Origin: Bacteroidota bacterium
GTDB taxonomy: Bacteria > Bacteroidota > Bacteroidia > Bacteroidales > F082
Direction of reading: 5' to 3'
DNA length: 64,000 nucleotides
Assembly (NCBI GenBank): GCA_947505205.1
Contig: CANNKD010000001.1
Location: 15,744-79,743 of the forward strand
Shown: piece after piece, positions 57,618 through 64,000 of the stretch
Layout of the letters: each line of letters opens with the position of its first letter
Numbering within the stretch: the first letter of the stretch is position 1
Translations under genes and position numbers: made by a program
The notes under the pieces: generated by a model
Databases searched by the model: none
What the model was told of the DNA's origin: nothing
Seen by the model: the letters and a program-made list of their open reading frames with translations, nothing else

Positions 57618-58862
57618 TTAAAGTGTATGAATTACTAATCCGGATCTGAGTTTTGGTTCGAACCAGGTCGTTTTTGGTGGCATAATATTTCCTGAATCGG
57701 CAATATCAATCAGCTGTTTCATCGAAACTGCATATAATGCAAAAGCTGCAACCATTTCTCCTGAATCAACCCTGCGTTTTAATTCACCCAAGCCACGTAT
57801 CCCACCAACAAAATCGATTCTTTTTGATCGTCTTAAATCGGTAATATTTAATATTGGATCGAGTACCTGATTTGTCAAAATAGTAACATCAAGCACGCCA
57901 ATTGGATCATTATCATCATAAGTTCCCGATTTTGCTGACAATGAATACCAATCTTCATCCAAATACATTGAGAAATTATGCAGGCAGCAAGGATGATAAA
58001 TTTCTTTTCCAATGAGCTTTACATCAAAACTTGTTTTCAGTTTCTCAATAAATTGTGCACAACTTAAACCGTTTAAATCAGTAACCAATCGATTGTAATC
58101 TATTATAGTTAATTGATTATCAGGAAAATGTACAGCTAAAAAGAAATTATATTCTTCAGAACCGGTGTGATTCTGATTGTTTTTTTTCTTTTCATTGCCA
58201 ACCAAAGCCGCTGCAGCCGTACGGTGGTGACCATCCGCAACATAAGTTGCAGGTATTTTGGCGAACAATGCAACAATTTGGCTTATTATCGATTCATCTT
58301 CAATCACCCAAAACTGATGTCCAAAGCCTTCATCGGCAACGAAATCATAAACCGGAATATTTGTGGTAATGTAATATTTTACAATCACATCTATCTCATC
58401 AACAGCTGGATACGTGAAAAAGACAGGTTCCATATTCGCATTTGTAATGCGAACATGTTTCATTCTATCCTCTTCTTTATCAGGACGGGTAAGCTCATGT
58501 TTTTTGATTATATTGTTCAAATAATCATCGACAGCGGCACAGCCAACAATGCCATATTGGGTTTTGCCATTCATTGTTTGTGCGTAAATGTACAATCTCT
58601 CTTTTTCATCCTCTATTAACCAACCGTTTTTTTTGAAGAACTCAAAATTTTCAGCAGCTTTGTTGTAAACTTCTTCACTATGAATGTCAATTTCTTTAGG
58701 AAGATCAATTTCCGGTTTGATAATATGTAATAAGCTGTATTGATTACCTGAAGCTTCAATGCGAGCCTCATTTGAATCCAATACGTCATAAGGTCTCGAT
58801 GCAAGATCTTTTACAATATTTACTGTCGGACGCCATCCTTTAAATGCTTTAATTATAGCCAT
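57618..58862 (-). CDS. DUF1015 domain-containing protein
   Basis: 414 aa. The N-terminus MAIIKAFKGWRP and overall pattern are typical of DUF1015. Confidence 0.85.
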   Translation of the reverse strand: MAIIKAFKGWRPTVNIVKDLASRPYDVLDSNEARIEASGNQYSLLHIIKPEIDLPKEIDIHSEEVYNKAAENFEFFKKNGWLIEDEKERLYIYAQTMNGKTQYGIVGCAAVDDYLNNIIKKHELTRPDKEEDRMKHVRITNANMEPVFFTYPAVDEIDVIVKYYITTNIPVYDFVADEGFGHQFWVIEDESIISQIVALFAKIPATYVADGHHRTAAAALVGNEKKKNNQNHTGSEEYNFFLAVHFPDNQLTIIDYNRLVTDLNGLSCAQFIEKLKTSFDVKLIGKEIYHPCCLHNFSMYLDEDWYSLSAKSGTYDDNDPIGVLDVTILTNQVLDPILNITDLRRSKRIDFVGGIRGLGELKRRVDSGEMVAAFALYAVSMKQLIDIADSGNIMPPKTTWFEPKLRSGLVIHTL

Positions 58863-58883
58863 AAATAATTATATTTCAGTTTG

Positions 58884-59327
58884 TTACCAAGATTTGTTGT
58901 GTAAAGTAGTTTCTTCCTCATAAGCTGATTCGTGATTATTTTCACCTGTTTTTTGGAGAGAAGTGATTAAGGCGCCTAACATTTTTGTCATCTCCATGAG
59001 TTGGTTTCTGGAATCAGCTTCCTGATTTTTAGAAAAATAACTGCACTTTTCGGCGATTGTTGTTAAAACCAGACATTCGCGTACAGCAGATTTTGCATAC
59101 TTTAGTTGTTCAATAAATTGCACTTTACTAAATGCTGATCCTTCGGCAATATGGATAGGGATTTGGCGCGCAATACTATTAAACCGGTTTATAAATGAGT
59201 CATTTTTAATGTTTTGAATGTCGTTGAAGTTGTGCTGCATCCATATAGCATAATCAAGTGCCTTGTTATAAATTCGTAGATCTTCGAAACGGAAAAAAAT
59301 TGGAATTTTATTGAATTGAGTGTTCAT
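58884..59327 (-). CDS. Four-helix-bundle protein (23S rRNA intervening-sequence-protein family)
   Basis: FEDLRIYNKALDY...IHIAEGSAFSKVQFIEQLKYAKSAVRECL pattern. 147 aa. Confidence 0.72.
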   Translation of the reverse strand: MNTQFNKIPIFFRFEDLRIYNKALDYAIWMQHNFNDIQNIKNDSFINRFNSIARQIPIHIAEGSAFSKVQFIEQLKYAKSAVRECLVLTTIAEKCSYFSKNQEADSRNQLMEMTKMLGALITSLQKTGENNHESAYEEETTLHNKSW

Positions 59328-59390
59328 ATTTTAATTTATAATCGATAAACGAGGCTCCAGTTTAATAACATTTGAAACCAGCCAAGGAAG

Positions 59391-60308
59391 TTAGTTTACT
59401 TTAAAACGGATATCATTTTTCTCAAAAAAATCAATGATTTGATTTGCAGCAGCGATTCCGGCATTGATGTTTGCTTCTTCCGTTTGAGCACCAAGTTTTT
59501 TGGGAGTGAAGTAATATTGTTTACTGAAATCAAACAGTTCTCCTGCACAATCTGGCTGAACATCAGCTACATAGTGAAAATCTTTCCTTTCGTTAAAGAT
59601 GACTTTTAAGTCGTCTTCATTGATAACTTCCTTGCGGGCAGTATTGATAAGGACAGCATTTTCAGGCATTTTTGAAAGCAACGCATGATTGATTGATTTT
59701 TTTGTTTGGGCTGTGGCAGGTATGTGCAATGAAACAAACTGACAGGTTTCGTAAAGTTTTTCGACGGTATCTAAAACAGTTACTCCATCATTTTCAATTT
59801 CTGATTTAGATACGAAAGGATCAAATGCATACACTTTCATGCCAAAACCTTTGGCTATACGAGCAACATTTTTCCCGACATTGCCATAGGCGTGGATACC
59901 TAATTTCTTGTCCTTTAACTCGGTACCTGATGTGCCATCGAAATGATTTCTGATTTGGTAAACCATCATTCCAAAAACAAGTTCAGCAACAGCATTACTG
60001 TTTTGCCCTGGCGTGTTCATTACGCACACACCATGTTCTGTGGCCGAGGCAAGATCAACATTGTCGTAACCAGCACCGGCGCGGACAACAATCTTCAATT
60101 TCTTTGCATTTGATATCACATCTTTGTCAACTTTGTCACTTCTGATTATCAAGGCATCATAATCCTCAACAGCAGTAACAAAATCAGACTGTTGGCTGTA
60201 TTTTTCGAAAAATACACATTCGTAATTTGCTTTTGCAAAGATTGCTTTTATTTGATCTGCAGCAACTTTAGCGAATGGCTTATCTGTGGCAACAAGTATT
60301 TTTTTCAT
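59391..60308 (-). CDS. serA: D-3-phosphoglycerate dehydrogenase (short, no ACT domain)
   Basis: D-2-hydroxyacid dehydrogenase fold (GNVGKNVARIAKGFGM, catalytic R/E/H region). Adjacent to serC. Confidence 0.85.
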   Translation of the reverse strand: MKKILVATDKPFAKVAADQIKAIFAKANYECVFFEKYSQQSDFVTAVEDYDALIIRSDKVDKDVISNAKKLKIVVRAGAGYDNVDLASATEHGVCVMNTPGQNSNAVAELVFGMMVYQIRNHFDGTSGTELKDKKLGIHAYGNVGKNVARIAKGFGMKVYAFDPFVSKSEIENDGVTVLDTVEKLYETCQFVSLHIPATAQTKKSINHALLSKMPENAVLINTARKEVINEDDLKVIFNERKDFHYVADVQPDCAGELFDFSKQYYFTPKKLGAQTEEANINAGIAAANQIIDFFEKNDIRFKVN

Positions 60309-60334
60309 AAATAGTAGATTTACAATGTATTAAA

Positions 60335-61408
60335 CTATTTTTTCAAATTTTCGAATTCCTGCATTACACCCACCAAAGCTTCAACGCTTTCATAAGGAAG
60401 TGCATTATATATGGAGGCTCTGAAACCACCAACATCACGATGGCCAGGTAAACCAATCATTCCTTGCGATGAGGCAAAGACTTCAAATTCTTTCTCAACC
60501 TGCACATATTCATCATTCATCACAAAACAAACGTTCATTCTTGAACGATCTTCTTTGTTCGTAACGGTTGCTTTGAAAAGTGAGTTACGATCAATTTCAT
60601 TGTAGATCAAATCAGCTTTCCGGATGTTCGTTTTTTCCATTTCTGCCACGCCACCCATTTCTTTCAGCCATTTTAAGGTTTGAAGCGCAGCGAAAATAGG
60701 CACAACCGGCGGAGTATTAAACATAGATTCACCCTCAATATGCGTTTTATAACTCAGCATTGTAGGGATTTTACGATCAACCTTTCCGAGGATTTCATTT
60801 TTAATAATTACAAAAGTTACACCTGCAGGTGCCAAATTCTTCTGGGCACCACCGTAAATCAAAGCATACTTCGAAACATCGATAACCCGACTGAAAATAT
60901 CAGATGACATATCGGCAACCAACGGAACGGGTGATTCAATCTGATGAAGGATTTCAGTCCCGAAAATGGTATTATTTGTCGTAATATGAAAATAATCCGC
61001 ATCAGTCGGGATGTCAAAATTACGCGGGATATAGTTGAAATTTTTATCTTCTGAGGAAGCAACGATTACGGTTTCTCCAAATCCCTTGGCTTCCTTAATA
61101 GCTTTTCGTGCCCAAACACCAGTGTTCAGATAGGCAGCTTTTTTATTGAATAAGTTAAACGGAATCATGCAGAACTGAAGACTGGCTCCTCCTCCCAAAA
61201 ATATAACTGAGTAACCTTCAGGTATTTGCAATAATTCTTTAAACAAGTTTTGAGCTTCTTCAACAACCGCTATGAATTGTTTGCTGCGGTGTGATACCTC
61301 CATGAGTGAAAGGCCTGTACCTGCAAAATCAATTAGAGCTTTGGCAGTGTTTTCGATCGTAAATTGAGGCAGAATAGATGGTCCTGCATAAAAATTGTGC
61401 TTTTTCAT
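60335..61408 (-). CDS. serC: Phosphoserine aminotransferase
   Basis: [15 protein letters not shown] start and SerC family pattern. Start moved to ATG 61408. Confidence 0.93.
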   Translation of the reverse strand: MKKHNFYAGPSILPQFTIENTAKALIDFAGTGLSLMEVSHRSKQFIAVVEEAQNLFKELLQIPEGYSVIFLGGGASLQFCMIPFNLFNKKAAYLNTGVWARKAIKEAKGFGETVIVASSEDKNFNYIPRNFDIPTDADYFHITTNNTIFGTEILHQIESPVPLVADMSSDIFSRVIDVSKYALIYGGAQKNLAPAGVTFVIIKNEILGKVDRKIPTMLSYKTHIEGESMFNTPPVVPIFAALQTLKWLKEMGGVAEMEKTNIRKADLIYNEIDRNSLFKATVTNKEDRSRMNVCFVMNDEYVQVEKEFEVFASSQGMIGLPGHRDVGGFRASIYNALPYESVEALVGVMQEFENLKK

Positions 61409-61459
61409 AATGGATATGATATTAGTTATTTGACAAAAATGATCTAATTTGAACACTGA

Positions 61460-61467
61460 CAAAGATA
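61460..61467 (-). promoter_or_regulatory. -7 promoter element TAtcTTTG (minus strand)
   Basis: Plus strand reads CAAAgaTA, 52 nt upstream of the serC ATG 61408. Confidence 0.3.
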
Positions 61468-61512
61468 TAACATTTCAATTTACTGTGAAAACATTAACTA
61501 ATAAAAATAATC

Positions 61513-61520
61513 TAATTTTG
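61513..61520 (+). promoter_or_regulatory. -7 promoter element TAatTTTG
   Basis: TAnnTTTG, 23 nt upstream of ATG 61543. Confidence 0.4.
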
Positions 61521-61542
61521 CGCAACTTTAGTATAGAGAAAT

Positions 61543-62622
61543 ATGAATAATAACTCGAGGTTTTCCGCTTTTTGTAGGTTAGGAAAGATACTTCATTCTT
61601 TAAATCAGACAGATAATCAAATACTTGGTTTTGAGTTTACATCCAAAGAACTTCTTGCAGAGGAGAATCTGAAGTTTGAGATGCAAAAAAGTATTGCTGC
61701 CAATCCTTGGTTTACCGAAAATAGTGTGAAGAAGGCCATCACTGGAATCGCAGAAATGCTTGAAGAAAGTTCGATGAATACATGGAAAGAATCCTATCAA
61801 TTTCCGGTAGAATCTATTCCAAAAAAGGTTGCTGTCATAATGGCTGGAAATATTCCGGCTGTTGGTTTTCATGATTTTGCTTGTGTTTTGCTCTCAGGAC
61901 ACAAAATTATCGTAAAGCTTTCGTCGAATGATCAATTTTTATTGCCGGCTATTGCCAATGTGCTTGTGGCAATTGATCCTGAATTTTTACAATTATTTGA
62001 ATTTTCGTCTGGTAAACTATCTGGTTTTGATGCAGTTATAGCAACCGGAAGTGGAAATTCCTTAAGATATTTCGAATTTTATTTTGGGAAATATCCACAT
62101 ATCATTCGTTCAAATAGAAATTCCATCGCGATTTTAAAAGGTGATGAAACAATTGAAGAATTGGAATTGCTCGCAAATGACGTATTTACCTATTTTGGTT
62201 TAGGATGCCGCAACGTAACGCATATTTTTGTCCCATCAAATTACAATTTTCATCAAATGTTAGAAGTTTTCGCAAATAAAACTGAACTGATGTACCATTC
62301 AAAGTATTTTAACAATTACGAATATAATAAAGCTTTGTTTTTGATTAACAGTGTTAAACATTTTGATAATGGAACATTGTTGTTAACAGAAGAATCTGCA
62401 ATTAACTCGCCGGTATCAGTACTCAATTATTCATATTATGATGATATTGAAGAACTTAAGAAGTATTTAGAATTGGAAAAGGATAAGATTCAATGCGTTG
62501 TAGCAAAAAATGAAATCATGAAGGGTTCTGTAGAATTTGGCCAATCTCAATCACCTTCTGTGGCTGATTACGCTGATGGAACTGATACAATGGATTTTTT
62601 ATTAGGTTTAAACAATTTGTGA
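61543..62622 (+). CDS. Acyl-CoA reductase (LuxC-like, aldehyde dehydrogenase superfamily)
   Basis: 359 aa. FGLGCRN catalytic-Cys context. Divergent from serC, as in many Bacteroidota. Confidence 0.75.
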   Translation: MNNNSRFSAFCRLGKILHSLNQTDNQILGFEFTSKELLAEENLKFEMQKSIAANPWFTENSVKKAITGIAEMLEESSMNTWKESYQFPVESIPKKVAVIMAGNIPAVGFHDFACVLLSGHKIIVKLSSNDQFLLPAIANVLVAIDPEFLQLFEFSSGKLSGFDAVIATGSGNSLRYFEFYFGKYPHIIRSNRNSIAILKGDETIEELELLANDVFTYFGLGCRNVTHIFVPSNYNFHQMLEVFANKTELMYHSKYFNNYEYNKALFLINSVKHFDNGTLLLTEESAINSPVSVLNYSYYDDIEELKKYLELEKDKIQCVVAKNEIMKGSVEFGQSQSPSVADYADGTDTMDFLLGLNNL

Positions 62623-62782
62623 AAACTCTTGTGCAAGCATCAAATCCCTCTCAAAAACTGACATTTAGAAATAGCTTTTGAGTTACACGAGTTTTAATTT
62701 ATTGAAAATAAGCAGTTTATATTCAAATGCATACTTAATGAAAAAAAACTGAAGAATATTAGGAAAGTTTGAAGAAAGTTTA

Positions 62783-62790
62783 TAATTTTG
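62783..62790 (+). promoter_or_regulatory. -7 promoter element TAatTTTG
   Basis: TAnnTTTG, 30 nt upstream of the rpmE ATG. Confidence 0.4.
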
Positions 62791-62819
62791 CACCCCTAAA
62801 AATATAAGCAATTTTAGCG

Positions 62820-63074
62820 ATGAGAAAAGACATTCACCCCAAAGATTACCGTTTAGTTGTGTTCAAAGATATGTCGAACGATGATACTTTCCTTTCAAAA
62901 TCAACCGTGAAAACGAAAGAGACCATTGTTTGGGAAGACGGTAACGAATATCCAGTAGTAAAACTTGAGATTTCGCACACTTCACATCCTTATTACACAG
63001 GTAAGATGAAATTAGTTGACTCTGCAGGTAGGGTTGACAAGTTTAAAACACGTTACAAAAATCGTTACGAATAG
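62820..63074 (+). CDS. rpmE: 50S ribosomal protein L31, type B (no CxxC zinc motif)
   Basis: [10 protein letters not shown]...HPYYTGK...GRVDKF. Cys ligands are absent. Confidence 0.93.
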   Translation: MRKDIHPKDYRLVVFKDMSNDDTFLSKSTVKTKETIVWEDGNEYPVVKLEISHTSHPYYTGKMKLVDSAGRVDKFKTRYKNRYE

Positions 63075-63103
63075 TAATTTGTTTTAATAATAGATTTTAT
63101 TGA

Positions 63104-63134
63104 AAAAGCTCATATCTATCCGATATGGGCTTTT
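63104..63134 (+). terminator. Rho-independent terminator after rpmE
   Basis: aaaagctcatatc / gatatgggctttt stem (one G-U), loop tatcc, T-run. Confidence 0.65.
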
Positions 63135-63376
63135 CGGTTTTACTCCAGGACAAAACAGTTGTTTATAAAGTTTGAGTGATGCATCCTTTTTCGCCTATTT
63201 CCAATATTTTTTATCGGAATTTTGGCAAAATGAGTACAATGGAAATTTGGATAATTCTGAATATTTTCATAAAAAATCGAAAAAAATAAAATTTGACCAA
63301 ACAATTAGGAATTATGCACGTTATTTCCTTATATTTGTTAAGTCAAGACGAGAATTAAAATCTAACATTATATTTT

Positions 63377-64000
63377 ATGAATTACATCCTTTTCGATAGT
63401 GCAAATAGACCTAATTTATTACCATTGGTATTTACGCGCCCTGTGGCAGATTTGCGGTTTGGCATCCTTACCATCAGAGAAAAATGGGAAAAATACCTTG
63501 GCGTAAAAACTTCAAGTCTGACAGAAAGTTATCTTCAGATAAAATTCCCTTTAGTCGAATCTGACGAAAATATCCTGATAAATGGTTCAATTTGTCCAAA
63601 CAAACCATTGGTTGTTGAAATATCAAACCTGAAATCTGGCTATTCATTGGTGAAAAATGACACAGTAATCGCAATGTGTCTTTCGAAAAATGAGCTCAAA
63701 TTAATGAGTGATCCTGATAGTGATTTTGAATGTTCAACCGTTGAAACAACCGTTGAATATGATAAAATAGAACATCCATGGGACTTGTTTATGTTGAATG
63801 AAAAAGCAATTAATGATGATTTTAAGTTAATTACCAATGGTAGAAAATCTCAGGTTCTAAGTGCGACCAATAGAACAATTAACCCGGAAAATATTTTTGT
63901 TGAAGAAGGCGCTATTGTTGAGTTTGCGATTTTAAATGCCTCGAAAGGTCCGATATATATTGGAAAAGATTCCGAAGTGATGGAAGGCGCAAAAATAAGA
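63377..64000 (+). CDS. GlmU-family putative sugar-phosphate nucleotidyltransferase (5' part; runs off the window); not in the supplied ORF track
   Basis: Manual translation from ATG 63377: MNYILFDSANRPNLLPLVFTRPVADLRFGILTIREKWEKYLG... It stays open for 208 codons to the window end. A hexapeptide-like region starts near the end. Confidence 0.7.
   Translation, partial: MNYILFDSANRPNLLPLVFTRPVADLRFGILTIREKWEKYLGVKTSSLTESYLQIKFPLVESDENILINGSICPNKPLVVEISNLKSGYSLVKNDTVIAMCLSKNELKLMSDPDSDFECSTVETTVEYDKIEHPWDLFMLNEKAINDDFKLITNGRKSQVLSATNRTINPENIFVEEGAIVEFAILNASKGPIYIGKDSEVMEGAKIR

Noticed and set aside
62626-62700. Nested hairpins after the acyl-CoA reductase gene: aaaactc..gtg / cac..gagtttt enclosing ctcaaaa / ttttgag.
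   Set aside because: It is probably just a compound terminator. It has no resemblance to a riboswitch or leader that I can name, and the L31 gene has its own -7 box further downstream.
63172-63399. 75-aa ORF upstream of the GlmU-like gene. The minus-strand ORFs at 63474-63674 and 63640-63837 are similar.
   Set aside because: It is low-complexity and Phe/Tyr/Lys-rich, lies in a terminator/promoter spacer, and overlaps the GlmU-like start. The minus-strand ORFs are antisense to the GlmU-like CDS.

Overview
This is an AT-rich chromosomal segment that looks like an anaerobic Bacteroidota genome. Supporting signs are a T9SS C-terminal sorting domain, a FeoA-FeoB fusion, L31 type B, DUF1573/DUF1343/DUF1015/GxxExxY/four-helix-bundle families, and the TAnnTTTG -7 promoter motif upstream of about 19 start codons. 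I support about 55 coding regions, 1 tRNA, 4 disrupted genes or fragments, several rho-independent terminators and a set of promoter motifs.

Main blocks:
- 0.2-5.1 kb: hypE-hypD-hypC-hypF [NiFe]-hydrogenase maturation genes.
- 5.3-18.8 kb: ABC-F ATPase, multi-PAS histidine kinase, agmatinase-family protein, CvfB-like protein, a two-ORF 2-oxoacid:ferredoxin oxidoreductase with an unusual beta-gamma fusion, glutaryl-CoA-dehydrogenase-like ACAD, and a decayed methyltransferase.
- 19.2-25.3 kb: group-3d-type NAD-linked [NiFe] hydrogenase operon hoxF-hoxU-hoxY-hoxH-hoxW, followed by a dihydroorotate-dehydrogenase-like flavoprotein that lacks the catalytic Cys motif.
- 25.3-31.6 kb: uvrA / ECF sigma / nth / bcp / recA neighbourhood.
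- 32.7-41.7 kb: Hpt, feoAB, and nucleotide-sugar genes (pgm, rfbD, uxs, ugd) with an inserted GxxExxY ORF.
- 42-46.4 kb: S9 peptidase and a clan-GH-A-like secreted hydrolase.
- 46.4-51.5 kb: a decayed accessory patch next to tRNA-CAU. It holds an integrase N-terminal remnant, a nonsense-interrupted metallophosphoesterase, a kinase C-terminal fragment and a T9SS cargo protein.
- 51.7-64 kb: housekeeping genes, including serC-serA-(four-helix-bundle)-DUF1015-small wHTH-xerD, L31B and a partial GlmU-like gene.

I did not see a clear, complete novel multi-gene system such as a defence island or CRISPR array. The most interesting leads are:
- the hydrogenase-linked DHOD-like protein;
- the cluster-less NuoE-like domain of HoxF;
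- the beta-gamma-fused OFOR;
- a structured intergenic element at 8.3-8.4 kb;
- the decayed tRNA-adjacent patch;
- two ORFs absent from the supplied track: a 58-aa wHTH and the partial GlmU-like gene.

All family assignments come from reading the translated sequences by eye. No database search was run.
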